Source of the DNA: Octopus bimaculoides
Taxonomy: Eukaryota
Assembly: GCF_001194135.2 (NCBI RefSeq)
Contig: NC_068999.1
Coordinates: 53,647,254-53,711,253, forward strand
Direction of reading: 5' to 3'
Length of the DNA: 64,000 bases
The translations under genes were made by a program, and so were the position numbers. Below the pieces are notes generated by a model. It had not been told where the DNA came from and made no database searches. It saw nothing but the letters and a program-made list of their open reading frames with translations. Shown one piece after another: positions 50,247 through 64,000 of this stretch (positions are counted from its first letter, which is position 1; each line of letters opens with the position of its first letter).

Positions 50247-50545
50247 TGTTTGACCCCACCACCAACTGGGGCCTGTAGAAAAATAAATGGTTGAGAACCA
50301 CTGCTTTAGAGTAACAGATAAGCAAAGAAGTTTTTATGCTTTCATTTAACCCATTAGAAATAACAGCAAAATCCCACCCTACTGTCTTACAGAAGGACAG
50401 ACACATTGGTGTTGGTTTGTTTATATACCCATAACTTAGTTGTTTGGTAAAAGAGACTGATTGAATAAGCACGGGGAACAATTCATTTGACTAAACCCTT
50501 CAAGGTAGTGCCCCAGCATGACCACAGTCTAATGATTAAAACAAG
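50080..50545 (+). mobile_element. SINE A carrying a ~140-bp insertion (about 50268-50408)
   Basis: Head and tail are collinear on either side of an insert made of a hAT right end, its flank and family C sequence. Confidence 0.7.
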
Positions 50546-51258
50546 TAAAAGGTGAAAGATATGTTGTAATTGAACATTTGAAGCTAATTTCAAAATTAGT
50601 AATTGGGTTGAATAAAGTGAAGCAGTATTAAACAGACATAGACATAAATAAAACAAATATCCATGAGGGATGAAGCAAACAGTCTGAAAATTTTGAAATA
50701 ATCATCACAATTAATAATCTCAGTCATATTATTGTAATATTAAGTTCCCATGGCTGAGGATGAAGGTCAACTTAGTCTTTTTATCCTTGTAGCAGTGGGA
50801 TGGTGAAGATTGACAGAAATATATGCTACTGGGGTACAACAATTTAGGCTAGTGGAGTGGTTGGTGGCCATTCTTAGTTTGGCAGCTGATGAAATATAAA
50901 TTAATTCAGTTGTCTCTCATAACACTGCAATTACTGTGAAAGTGAATCTTGCGTTTATAATGTCCCCCTCTATTTTGAGTGCTAATAATCCTATCCAACT
51001 TTGAGATTCTCCCATCATTACTTCAATCAGAAGTATTTTGTTGTCATTAGATGCGACCATCCAAGTCACATACATATACATCATTTAAAACAGTTTGATT
51101 GGGCTCTATGCGACTTAAAATTTTGCAGGCTTCCAACAGAAGCCCATCTCTTTAAGCTTAGACTAACTGTTTTAAAAAATAGCTGTAACTCCTGCTAAAT
51201 GTGTTGAGTGCCTTTTTATATCATTTGTCCACTCACTTGTATATGTATGTATGTAGAA

Positions 51259-51295
<37 letters not shown>

Positions 51296-51296
51296 T

Positions 51297-51660
51297 GGCC
51301 ATGACTGCTGAGGACATGCACAAGCTCGCAAGGAATGAACCCAGTATGCTCCGATGGTTGTGTAATGTCAGTGTGCATACTTGACAGAGTGTAAGTACCT
51401 TGAGAGAAAAGTTGAACCTAAGAAGCATCAGTTGCGGTGTGCAAGAGAGATGATTGCGCTGGTATGGTCATGTGGTGTGAATGGATGAGGATAGCTGTGT
51501 GAAAAAATGTCACACCCTAGCAGTTGAGGGAACCCGTGGAAGAGGTAGACCCAGGAAGACCTGGGATGAGGTGGTGAAGCACGACCTTCAAACATTAGGC
51601 CTCACCGAGGCAATGACTAGTGACCAAGACCTTTGGAAATATGCTGTGCGTGAGAAGACC
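51297..51660 (+). mobile_element. RTE-clade LINE 3' coding fragment
   Basis: MLRWLCNVSVHT*QSVSTLREKL...ER*LRWYGHVV*MDED...GTRGRGRPRKTWDEVVKHDL...DQDLWKYAVREKT; stops at 51382, 51451 and 51478. Confidence 0.9.
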
Positions 51661-52903
51661 CCGTATTCTATCTTATTTGCGTTTGTGTTATTGTTATTAA
51701 ATGTTTTGTTATTTGCAAACTTGATTCTCTCTTTATATCCGGCCCTAGCTAACACTTCATTGTAGTATTCTGTTGTTTGAATATTTCCTCCGATGCTGAT
51801 CATCGTGATAGTCTGGTAGTTACATTCTTAATTATACTTTTAATTATGGAAGGTGGATGGTTGGAATTAACATTTATGTATCTTAAGCATTCATTAGACT
51901 TGTGGTATGGTTCGTACATGCCATTTTCCAAATTGAAAGTTGCATCTAAAAAGTTTACCTTATGATAATTATCATCTATGGTAACAGAAAGGCCAAAATG
52001 TCTAAAAAGTTTTCGGAGTTCTTTTCTGTATCATTAGGGCAAATAGAGTGACGGTAGTGACTACAAAGTTTCAGCCTGGCACATTTCATTAGACTTTTCT
52101 AGCTTTGGATTGCCTGAGAGGTTGTCAATGAAATTTGATAGATGAAAACTGCATGGGAGCCTGTCGTTATATGTGTGTCTGTATGTTCATGTATGTGTGT
52201 GTTTGTGTATCTTTGCATATGCTGATTCAGCTTATGCATTCTTCTTGAGTTGATAAGAATAAGTATCACATACTCCAGTTAGACCTTGGCTACACTGGCT
52301 AAAGCAAAGAACTAATATTATCGCAAGTGACTCAGTCAGTAATATCTCTTTATCTTCCCTCCTTGTCTTGGCCTTATGCCTTCAGATAAGAAATCAATGT
52401 GTGTTTGTGTGTGTACGCATGTGCATGTGTATGTGTATGTGTGAGTGAGTATATGTTTGTATGCATGTGTGTGTGTGTTTGTGTGAGCATTAATAAGTGT
52501 TAATATAGAATGTTATTGTAGATTCATGGAGAAATTTTCCATTAGTCTGCAACAGGTGCCATAATAAAGTTATTGTTTATCAAAGCAGGCAATTTGCCAG
52601 AGAACTAGCAGGTTAACTGAAGCTTACGCAGCCTGCCTTCGTAATTGGGTTGCATTGATTGAAAAACCAAGATGTTTTATGAACAATATTATTAAAATAT
52701 TGTCTTCCTTTTCTAATTAACTTACTGAGCAAGATGCACTAATCAACTTAATTATATGTTCACCTCTCAGATGAAAAGTGATGTTTTTGTATCTTATCAT
52801 TGCTGTTGTTCTGTGTTCTATAATGAACAGAAAGCCAAGAAATCCTGTCCCATTTAAGTACAACTGTTGTTGTTATTGCTTAATCCAAAATCTGCCCCGA
52901 TTA

Positions 52904-52950
<47 letters not shown>

Positions 52951-53178
52951 TTTCATATTTATACAAATGCATACACATACACACATACACTATATGTAGG
53001 CATGGCTGTATGGTTGAGAAGTTTGCTTTGGAACCTTGTGGCCAGAGGCTCTATCACACTGCATAAATGTTGTTCGATAATGTTCTATACTACAACCATA
53101 AGTTGACCAGTACCTTGTGAGTGAAATGAGTTGATAGAAACTGAAGATTATTGTGTGTGTGTGTGTGTGTAACTATGC

Positions 53179-53220
<42 letters not shown>

Positions 53221-55803
53221 GTGTGTGTGTACTTGTGTTTGTGTAATTGATTTTGTATTTTCTTCATGGCTTACATGTGTTCATTGACCGTAAACTAAAC
53301 AACAGCTTCACAATCAAATATGCTTGCAGTCATCGATGTAAGCATGTCTGGGCTTTTTGAAATGTTTTGAGTTGTTGAGCACTCTTTGGAAACAAAAAGG
53401 CTTGTATCTATGTAACTATGTCCAGGTTGTTTGTTGGTCAGTAGCCTAGGGGATTATTACCTTGCTTGGGAAACAGATGAAGAAGGTTGGCAACAGGAAG
53501 AGTGTCCAGCTGTAGAAAATCTGCCTCAGTGAATTGCATCTGATCTATGCAAGTATGGAAAAGTGGATGATAAAACAATAGTATTACACACACACACACA
53601 CAAGTATCAAACTTAAATTTAAAAAAAAAAAATTACATTAGTCCTGGAGTCAATCTGTTTGACTAAAAGTTTTCAAAGTGGTTCTCAAGCATGGTTGCAC
53701 TTCAGTGACTGAAACAAGTAAAACATAAAAGATACTATCTTAAGTAAAGCGGAAGAACATATTGAAAAATAGTTTTAGATCCCTTTCTACATATCCAGTT
53801 CTGGAAACAAGACATGGTGGTCTCTGGTGAATTGCTTGTGATCTTAGATTTGCTCAATCTGGCTGCTCTGGGGTTAAACACATCTCTCAACAGTGAAAAA
53901 TGTAATAATGGAACTTATACAGACTTGGGCTACACTGAATTTTTGATACCTTATCACATCAGTCAGTAGTACAGATTAATTTATTAATGTACAGTGAAAC
54001 GAGGCTTTCAAGTATCTATCCAGCATTTGGCCAAGTCCCTTTTGTAATTTTTTATCAGGCATTTGAGCCACACTCTCTTCTTACCAGTCTCACAAAGCCT
54101 GGAAGCAGTCATCAGTGGTGCTCTTTCTTCTTTGACAATGTAATTCATCATCATCATTCAATGTCCATTTGACATGCTGGCATGGGTTGGATGGTTTGAC
54201 CAGAGCTGGTAAGACCAGGGGACACACCAGACTTCATTGTCTGTTCTGGCATGGTTTCTATAGCTGGATGCCCTTTCTAATGCCAACCACTCCACAGAGT
54301 GTACTGGGTGCTTTTTATGTAGCACCAGTGCTTATAATATGGCACCAACACTAGTGCTTTTTATGTGATGCCAGTATCAATTCTGCTGTGGCAGACAGGT
54401 CTTCTTGAGTACAACAAATTACCAGAGAATGACCAAAGGTAATCTAGAGTTAAACAGCAACAAACAACTACAGGATCAGTACATTTTCTTATCAATGGCT
54501 TGCAAAACTAATAAGCAAATCTGTTGAATGTTGTTGAAACCATCTCTGTTACCTTGAACATATTCTGCTTACCTACAGCTCAGCTTATCCTGATTAGCCA
54601 AGGTCAATGGATAATCTCACTCAGTCAACATCTGATAACAGCTAATTTACCTCTGGCTCAAACTTTATTTTGTAATACTTTTCCACATGTACTGCATTCA
54701 GTTTCTGTCCAAGCATTTTAGTAATCTGATTCCTTTTACCTTTTCTGTTACTATCGTTAACCCATATATGCCCATAAAAAAAATGAAGTCTTAAAATTTC
54801 ACTGTATTTAGATTAAACATTATGGTAAACTTTCACAATCTGGAAGAGAAGGACAGTGTGCAACTGTTAACTATGGGTGTCGACTACTTACTGAACATTT
54901 CATATGCTCAGTCAAATTCTTCCTGGCGGGTTCAAACAAGTAGGAGCAGGTTTTGTGTTGCAAGAATGCAACCAGGGGTATATATGGGTTTTAATGTTGT
55001 TTAACCCTTGCTCAGCTCCTTTCCAGCTGGGACAATTCCATCTGTTTTAGTAGTTGCCTAAAACTGGGAATCTACCACTTATTTACTTCAAGTTGAATTA
55101 CAAGCTTTTAACCTGCTAGAAATATCAGCCAGATCTCCCTTCAGTCTCATCTTACTGTATTGCAAGATCATGCATTAGATAATGAAACCTGTGATACACT
55201 CGGGGATAAAAGAAGGGTGTTTTGAATGCCTTTAATCATAGGTCTACTCAATCAGGCACGTGGATCAGTGGTTAGAATGTTGACCTAACAATCATAAGGT
55301 AGTGGGTTTTTTATTCCTAGCCCTGGTAGCAAATTGTGTTTTCATTTCACATTGTTCCAGTCTACTCAACTGAAAATATGTACCAGCCTACTGCTAGTGC
55401 AGTCAACCCCTCAATGTCCAGCTAGGTCGAAGGTGAGAAGGCTGAGAAGGTATATATGTCTGCTTGTGACTGCATGGACAGGTGCAGTACTTACTACCAA
55501 ATCATGCTCATTTGCAAGCGATGGCTCTGCAATACAATCAGAGCTGACTGAGGGTTAAACAATAGCAACTGAAAGTTTTCAATGACACTTATTTCAGTCA
55601 TATATTAGGATTGAAAGATCAAATTGCCTTTAAAAGAGTTTGAATTCAGAATCATGAAACAACAAACTATAATTATATCAAGTTTGTGCCATTATAATTA
55701 ATGTGATGGTGAAAAATATCTACATAATTAAATTAATTGATAAAAATTTATGTGGTGAAGGGATAAAAATGTTAGTTCATTGACCTAATTGCATCTTGAA
55801 AAG

Positions 55804-55880
55804 TATGGGAGACAACTTCAGATATGTTTCAATATTATTTTACTTCTTCATTGAAGTAAATCTTTCCCTATACCTGTCAG
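55804..55880 (+). CDS. Candidate start-codon exon (MGDNFRYVSILFYFFIEVNLSLYLS, phase 1), hydrophobic
   Basis: CCTAAT branch-like motif, AG|; ATG at 55805; perfect CAG|GTAAGT donor; downstream partner exon not identified. Confidence 0.25.
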
Positions 55881-57571
55881 GTAAGTGATAAGAGAATCGT
55901 TATATTGATGTTCAATAACATGCATTTTGCAAGGTAAAAGTTTATGTATTATAAATAGTTTGTAAACAGAGAAAGAGAATCTATATCCAATTATAAGCAT
56001 TGTGTGGCTTATGTTGTGTCCTTGGGCATTACACATGCGTGCGTGCGTGCGTGCGCGCGCGCACGCACACACACGCACGCTGTATTTGCATATATCTTTT
56101 CATTTATTTGCTTCCTTCAGTTGAGCTACAAAAAAGATGGATGCCAGCCTGCATTCTGAATTAAGATATATTGAATGAGACTGATGTCCTATTCAGCAGA
56201 AGAGACAGTTTTGTCTCTTGACTGCTTGATATTTATGTAACTTAAACATATTGATACTAACCCCTCTTTTAAGAAAAATTAAACTGCAGTTAACTAGCAC
56301 TCCTTCCAGAATGGAGTGGGAGTACCGTTTTTTGAAAATGAGAAATATAAAAACAAGACTGTTGGGTCATTATTGATAGTGGAAGAAGTAAACTTTCAAC
56401 AGTTTTTTATTCCATCTTTTTCAAAATGTAGGCAGTGGTTTAAAAGGTATAACGTCTAAGTAACATTCCCCACAACCCACATCGTTAATGACATTAAACT
56501 TTAATGATATTTAAGTCAGTGCCATTTAAATTTTAGTTGAATAAAAATAATTAATGACGTTTAAAGATCATTAAATTTGATACCTTGCTATTTTCTACAA
56601 CTGTGATGTAGTGGATAAGAATGGCAACACACATTTAGCTGTAAAACATTTTTTAGTTAGATTATGAATTTACATATATACAATGCAAATATTAAAAGTA
56701 GGAGGTAAGCTCTCAATGAACAGAATCTATAATTTTGGTCTGTTTACCATTGTAAGTTTTTCACTTCCTTTTATTGGTAATTCCTTTACAACAAGATTTA
56801 ATTCCTTCAGTGCATGGCCAACATTAATCCACCACTCGACCAGTAATCTCTCCTCTGCTAAAAACCATTTTCCTTCATCCAATTCAATTCCACTGTTATT
56901 CGCTTAGCTGGCGCTAAAAATACACACATTTTTGTCCATGTATATTAAAAAAGCAATCAGTATGAAAAGAAATCAACACAGGAGGAACAAGTTTTAACAA
57001 AAGTTATATTATTAGTTTAACACTTGAGAAAAAAGGGAAAGTGTCTTGATGTGGATTCTAGTCCTCCATCAGATGAAAGATAGAACAGAAAAAAATAAAA
57101 GGGGGAAATTTATTGTTTTGGTAAAAAGCATTAAGGCTTGAAATTTCAGTACCCCTTCCTTTCCTTCACAGCATAACATACTGACTTTTCCCTCTTTAAT
57201 TCTTCTTTTCTTGTCTGCTTTTTTTGCTCCCAAATTGCCTTAAAAACAAATCGTATACTCCCATAGCTCATGCTGTACAGTATTATCTCTAGTTCCCTTC
57301 AACCTAGAGAAAGCTACATTAAGCCATTTCTTTAAACCATCATTGAGATGCTATCACAGTCCTCACACACTAATAAGGGAAATAGTTATTGTACATAGAT
57401 TTGTTTTCAACAAGGTCTGAGAGGTAACAATGGTGTCTCTACATGGTCATTCAACCTGCGAGAAATAACAGTCAAATCTCTTTCAAATCATACTATATTG
57501 TCTTAAAAAGAGAAGGATTGTGGTCATGGCTGGAAGTAAAAATTTATAATGGCAAGGTCTTCTGATTATAG

Positions 57572-57606
<35 letters not shown>

Positions 57607-60040
57607 ATAATGTCCATTTCTGATTCAAGAGACATCATTGATATTAGTCAAGAGAAATGACTATAGTAAGAAATTGACTACTAGAATCATTTTGCTACAA
57701 ACTTACTTCTGCAATAGTCATGGCTGTGTGGTTAAGAATTTTGCTTCACAACTACATGACTTCAGGTTCAATCTCATGACACAGCATTTTGTGTGTGAAA
57801 TTTGGTAAATGGATATGGTTTGGAAGGACTGTTCCTGTTCTTCAGTGGTATACTTGATCTGCTGTCCAGTAAAAACACCAACATCTGGCCCTCTTTTTTT
57901 TTTTTTAAGTGATTTTGTCCCAAACAAAGCTCAAGGCCACTCTAGCATAAAAGACTACAAAGAAGGAAAAGACGGGGCCTATAAATTCAATAGATGTCAA
58001 AGCTTAATGTACTGAATATCATAGATCAGAGGAAAACAAGGTGATGCTAGTGAGTTCCAGAGAGCAGCAGTTTGAAGAAAGAAACTATGAAAATAAAAAG
58101 ACATATGACCAACAGGAAACTCAACAAAGAAACGATGCACTTGGAAAGAGAAGTAGGTTGCACTTTAGAAGATCTTGACAAAGGGTACTTTAGATAACAT
58201 TTAGACTAGGTTTCTGATCTGAAGATAACATTCTCTTTTCTTCCTACCAGTCACACAGGCTCTGGAAAAGATAAAAGGAGCTACATTTTCTCCTCTAGCT
58301 AAGACCTTAAAAAGAAAAGAACAAGAATTGTAGGCTAGTGAAAGCAGCCTGCATCATCAAGAACTAGATTGAAATGAAAGTGAAGAGATGAGATAAAACC
58401 GTAACTAATGTTTTATGATACTGATTTGCTTTAGGAAGGAGAACAAAGAGAAAGTATTTTGTTCTTTGTTTTCATCTCTGATGAAGGGGCATGAAATGTG
58501 AAACTCTGTTTCATCCCAGAAAACAATGTACATAAACACACACATATATATATCAACACAAACAAAGTTATACATGCATACACATGTGTGCACATGCACT
58601 CTTTCTCTCTCAAATATATGCACATACTCACACACATAACTGTCTGCACACATGCATGCACACAGAAACACATGATTACACACACACACACACACACACA
58701 AATATACAAACACATAGATGCATGTTCATATACACACATGCCCACATCCATAAATACATAATATGTTCACACACACATGTATGCACATTCATTCACACAC
58801 ATATACAGTCTCTCATATATGAACACATGCACACACATACACAGTTATACACACACATACACAGTCACACACTCACAAATAAGCACTGTTACATACACTC
58901 ACACGCATACAGCTATTCAATTTATACTTAACTCTACAGCTCTCACTGTTCTATGTTTCCTATAATTACACCTGCAGACAACCTTTGAATGCACCACATG
59001 AAATGTGATGCATAAAGAAAAAAGAACAGTATGAAAATTAGGTAAATAGTTAAATTAACCTTTACTTAGACTAGCACATTTGATGCTACTGTGTTATTCT
59101 TGACAATCTGCAGGTTAATGAGAAGATAAAACAATGTGTATATAATAAGAGAGATGCTAAGATTTCTGTCTGGTGAGGGAAGTTGTGGTAAGATATAGCA
59201 ACAGTATTTGCATTAGGGTGGAGGTTGCAGGAAGAAAGATTGGTGGGGAAGAGTGCAGAGTGTTGGTAGGAGTAAGGAGTATGACTGTGTGCATGTGTGT
59301 GCATTGTTGTGTTTGTTGTAAATGCGTGTGTGTGAGCATGCGTGTATAGAAGGAAGGTATTAAGAAAGAAGAAACAAAAATGATTGCGTATAAATGTAAG
59401 TGTACAGGTATGTGTGTGTGTGTGCATTAAGATATAGATCTATATATCTCTATGTATGAGATGTGTGTCTGTGATATTTCTTCCCACCACTCCTTGTTCT
59501 ATTACTAGCCTTTTACACATCCTCTTTTATCTCTAGCCACCACTAGCATTACCACCACCACCACTACCACTACCACACCATCACCATTACAACCACTACC
59601 ACCATCTCCCCCACTACAAACACCATGACCACTTCCACCACTACCAACACCATTATCACAACCATAATTCCCCCACACTCCCTACTGTTCTGAAATATAT
59701 GTAACACCCAAGTTAACATGACATTTATGAATTTGTTAGATATTTTAGGCCAGGTGTTTTGAATGGGCACATGGGTGTATGGGTCTTCATGGATTTGTGG
59801 GATCATGTTTCTCTGTGTCCCTATGACTGCCTATTTGACTGCCTGTGGAAGGACATGTTTATAACTCTATTTTCTCTATGTGATTTATGTATGCAATCTA
59901 TGTACTTTTCAGCCCACCCTCATATATATATATATATATACAAGAATAAGGGCAGGGAATCGTCAATTAATAATAGAATTAATAATTAACAATTTTGCCA
60001 AGTAGTTCAGTATGAAAAAACCTTTGTCGGTAAAACCATT

Positions 60041-60233
60041 TATCATCATAAATATACAGGGATTAGCATTGAGTTGCTTCTCCAACATACTGAAAATTTA
60101 GAAATAGCAGTCAAAGAACTACTGATTCTAAACTACAAATTTGTAGTTTAGAATCAGTAGTTCTTTGACTGCTATTTCTAAATTTTCAGTATGTTGGAGA
60201 AGCAACTCAATGCTAATCCCTGTATATTTATGA

Positions 60234-60238
<5 letters not shown>
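60041..60238. repeat. Perfect 198-bp palindrome without spacer
   Basis: 99-bp arms identical base by base; centre CTACAAA|TTTGTAG at 60139/60140; abuts (TA)n. Confidence 0.95.
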
Positions 60239-60282
<44 letters not shown>

Positions 60283-60577
60283 AACACAAGGTGGTGCCCC
60301 AGCATGGTCACAGCCTAATGACTGAAACAGGTAAAAGATAATGGTAGTGGTGATGATGGTACTTATAGTGGTACTAGTCAATATAAATGGTGCAGTAACA
60401 CTGTGTAATAGAGCATGTCTTATCTTGGCAAGACATCATCCATGAAATTATGGAATGGTGCCATGTTTCATCGCAGCACACATAAACTTGTACATATACT
60501 CATACATGCATACATGTGCACTAAACACACACATGTAATATATATATATATATAGATATAGATATATATATCATCAT

Positions 60578-60620
<43 letters not shown>

Positions 60621-60739
60621 CATACGTGTTAAACAAGAGAACTTCCTCATGGCTGCTTGACTTACAAGAAATAGCAACCAAGTTACTACAAATCCCACTC
60701 TACTGTCCCCCCAAAAAATAATGTAAGAACCATTGGTTA

Positions 60740-60894
60740 ATCACTTGTTAGGGTTATCTATACAGATATCCTATAGAAATTATAGCCAGCACTGATTTTT
60801 GTTACATTTTGTATCTCAGATATGAAATATTGTATCAAAAATCTGTGCTAGCTTTCTATACAAAATCAGTGTAGAGATAACCCTAACAAGTGAT
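60740..60894. mobile_element. 155-bp hairpin MITE-like element
   Basis: Perfect 20-bp TIR ATCACTTGTTAGGGTTATCT; imperfect inverted similarity continues inward. Confidence 0.55.
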
Positions 60895-61149
60895 GTAAAG
60901 TGCACTGCTAACACTTTAGAACACAGTACTGACTTATAAAAATGTTTAATATAGTTTATTAAATGTTTAATATACTTTATTATCCTGGTTGCATAACCAA
61001 ATACTGCATGCCTACAAGTCATCAATTGGGTAATGTCCTGGTCAGGGTTGCAGCACCATTGATGATAGTTTGCTTATTCAGAGTTGGCCTAGGGTTAAAT
61101 GACAACAATGACTTGGGTATCTAAATGAGTTAGTGAAATCATTGTACAT

Positions 61150-61330
61150 GGGTGCAGATGTGGTTGTGTTGAATTGAAGTTTGCTTCCTAACCACATGGT
61201 TCTGGGTTCAGTCCTACTGTGTGGTACCTTGGGCAAGTGTCTTCTACTGTAACCTTGGGCCAACCAAAGCCTTCTGAGTAGATTTAGTAGACAGAAACTA
61301 AAAGAAGCTTGTTGTGTATATATGTGTGTG
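61150..61330 (+). mobile_element. SINE family A head
   Basis: CCACATGGTTCTGGGTTCAGTCCTACTG...GGCAAGTGTCTTCTACTG...GATTTAGTAGACAGAAAC; other copies at about 25120, 28890(-), 42065, 44850, 52995 and 57717. Confidence 0.8.
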
Positions 61331-61632
61331 TGTGTGTATGGGTGACTGCCAGTCTTCCATAAACAACTTAACCTGGATTTGTGCCTCGGAGGGTAGCTTC
61401 CTAGGTGCAATGTATATGTAGTGTGGTTGATGTGTTCAACTAAAATTCGTCAAAGCAGTGCCTCATCAAGGCCACAGTGCCCCACCAAGGCCACAGTGCC
61501 CCACCAAGGCCACAGTTTACTTGTTTACTGAAATAAGTAAAGGAAAGCCATACTTGCTTGTGAGCGATGACTATGATTTGGTTTACTTCAACAGTTCAAA
61601 TAAATCCAAAAATTTTGCAGAACTGTCTAAAC

Positions 61633-61874
61633 CGATGGTTATCGACCATTTTTTTTTTACCTATGGATCCCTTTGATTCCCATTTTACTCAAGTGGGTCC
61701 TTGTAACCAGTTGATGTTTAAAAAATCTTATTATATTTCTATAATTGAATGTTATTAGGAATTGTCTAAAAATAAATTGTTGAAATATTTTGTGTATTAC
61801 AAAAGTATAATTGATTTTATTACATATAAATTTTAACAACAAAATCTTATATGGACCCCAGTTAAAAACCACTA
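61633..61874 (-). mobile_element. hAT MITE with 8-bp TSD GTCTAAAC
   Basis: TSD at 61625-61632 and 61875-61882; body is the reverse complement of the 48103 family (aaatcttatatggacccc). Confidence 0.75.
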
Positions 61875-63337
61875 GTCTAAACTTTATCACTGTAGAAGAC
61901 ATCTGTGAGCTAAAGGCGGGTGGGTTAGAGAACTGGTGTGAAGGTAGAAGGTGAAGGAATAGGGGATGTTATAAAAGAAATATTAAGGCAGAACTTTTGC
62001 AATATGTATACTTGTGTATTTAGTCATCCTGGATTTCTTTTATTTCAGAAGTGGTATTGTTAAGTGATTAAAATGCTTGTTCTACTCTTCTTGTGCATAT
62101 ACTGTGGATGTTATCAAATAAATCACTTCAGACATCTCATCAGATAAGATATATGAACTCAAACTAACCCACAACATGAACTTATTCCTTCCTCCTTCAT
62201 GATTGATTAGCTGAAATTAGATATGATTAAGTGCTGATAAATATATTACTATTGAGGATAGGTTACTTTAACTTTTATTGATAAGTTAACATTACACATT
62301 CAATTGATTACAGTCAAATCATTTTCTACTCTGATATTGCACACATGTCACACCATACAACAATTCTTACTTACTCATGCCATAGTTCAAATCTTCCTGT
62401 TTAATTAGTTTTCAGTGTTGAAGCGAATAAACCCAACTGAAAGCATAGTTTCATCCCAAACTTTTGCATATCCATATGTACATATCCAAAATACTTGTTG
62501 CAGGAGACTAAGGGGGCCCACCCACAACCACAGTACTATCATTTAATTTTTTTTTTTTTTTTTTTGTTGAAAGTATTCTTTTCAACTGTCTACAAACACA
62601 GCAAGGCTGAAATACTTAATGCATTCTTCCAGGAGTGAATAAAAAATTCTCAAACAGAGTCTTGCTTACAGGCATTCTTGTCTAAATAGCCAGTGTCTCT
62701 GTGTAAGTATTCAGTAATATATTCTGATTAAGCTTGCTGACTTAAACTGCTTGGCCATCCTATTCACTGGGAAAAGAGAGAGAGAGAGAGAGTGAGACTG
62801 AAGCATTAGTGCTTGTTTGCATCATTGAAAATGTTTCAGTGAAACTAGTAAATTAGGAAAAGTACGCATGCCATAGGAAGATGAAAATCTTGATATTTCA
62901 AGCAAATCTCCTTTGTCAGAGAGAGAAAAGTTTTCTATACAGATGTGCTTCCCAAAGTGTTTCATATGGTTTATTTTCTTGTCAGACAGTCCATATATAC
63001 AATATTTAAAATTTATTGATATCTGCAACAGTTCTAATTGTGTTACTGGTATTGTGCTGTGATGTGGTTATAAACTATTCTATTTCTGAGACTTTTGATG
63101 CCTGCATCACACTTCTCTTTCTCTCTTCTCTGGAGATTATTCTGAAGAAAAGGTTTAGCCACCTGGGTTTAGTTAACATATCTCTATTTTTGTTGTTGAT
63201 TAGTTGCAGGTCAGTCCTGATCAAGCAGACTTATAATCAAATGTGTCCCAACCATGACAACTCCCATCTCCTTTTTAACAACATAATGTATCCAGAATTC
63301 CATTATGCATTGTGTCATGCCTTATTTAAATTGGTAG

Positions 63338-63381
63338 TGTGTGATCTGAAGAAGATATGGCTGCTATTTTCAGCAGATCAA
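63338..63381 (+). CDS. Candidate short exon with ATG (MAAIFSRS, phase 1)
   Basis: gatATGG context at 63357; donor A|GTAAGT; acceptor weak. Confidence 0.2.
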
Positions 63382-64000
63382 GTAAGTGCATAAGTGGTTC
63401 CCTTATTAGCTCATGTTTTTCTTTTGGCTGTCTTTAATTTTCTTTCACTGTGTTGTTTACATCAATATATTTGGCATTTTCTGATATTACTGTCAAAATA
63501 TATCTGACTTTTATAGTTCACTGCTTCTTTATTGACACATACAGCTGTCTACTCTTATCATACTTGAAAACTACTCACAGAAGCTTGTTATGTCTCTATT
63601 TGATGCAGTGGTTCAGTAAAGAACAGCTGTTTATAGTTAGATTCTGCTTGAATCTTTTTTTCTTTTTATAAGTTAGTGTCAGAGAAAGAGGTGCAGTGCC
63701 CTTGATTTTGCAGTAATCCCTCCCTCTCACATAAAGGAGACTGATGTGACCAATGTTCATCATGAAGACCTGCATATGAACAAGAACTATGTTGACAATA
63801 TCCTTAGTTTGTTTCTTTTTCAGTAAAGCCATAGTATATCTGCTTTTAAATTGTAATCTTTTCGTTTAGTATGGTACTTCCTGGTTTGACTGGCCCTCAA
63901 TTTCTATCTGATAATATTGTATTCAAATTTTGGCACAAGGCCAACAATTTTGGGGGAGGGGTTAGTTGATTACATCATCCCCAGTATTCAACTGGTACTT

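Noticed and set aside
58025-58180. Frame containing DALGKR, suggestive of a neuropeptide amidation site
   Set aside because: Single motif, no signal peptide linkage, weak acceptor
58478-58522. CTGATGA-A-GGG...CCC-A-GAAA hammerhead-like motif
   Set aside because: Helix II is plausible, but no helix I or helix III/NUH partner is found
61467-61516. 19-bp x 2.6 tandem repeat (also a 19-bp repeat at 48389-48435)
   Set aside because: Local slippage within a SINE tail and a MITE body; no spacers, so not CRISPR-like

Overview
Eukaryotic, repeat-dense, AT-rich genomic scaffold with six N-gaps. It is most likely from a coleoid cephalopod (Octopus-like); this is inferred from recognising its two tRNA-derived SINE families and was not checked against a database. 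No host protein-coding gene can be named. The only securely translatable segments are transposon relics: two head-to-tail R4/Dong-like LINE remnants beside a (TAA)n tract, a Gypsy gag fragment, mariner and Tc1 fragments, and several RTE 3' ends. There are also hAT, piggyBac-like and foldback MITEs, and microsatellite/triplet mosaics that create most of the ORF track. Two CpG-rich zones (about 3.6-5.8 kb and 33.9-36.8 kb) look like promoters, the second with an Inr-like motif and a canonical donor at 34217, and a few exon-like segments are listed at low confidence. The best finding is a 445-bp near-palindromic element (6681-7125) with a hammerhead ribozyme in each arm on opposite strands: one complete and canonical (6796-6848, minus), one mutated at two core positions (6943-6995, plus). 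Further minimal hammerhead-like motifs lie in Penelope-type repeats (3057-3102, 38590-38627) and inside a 107-nt hairpin (20917-21023). A perfect 198-bp spacerless palindrome (60041-60238) is probably an assembly artefact but is easy to test.
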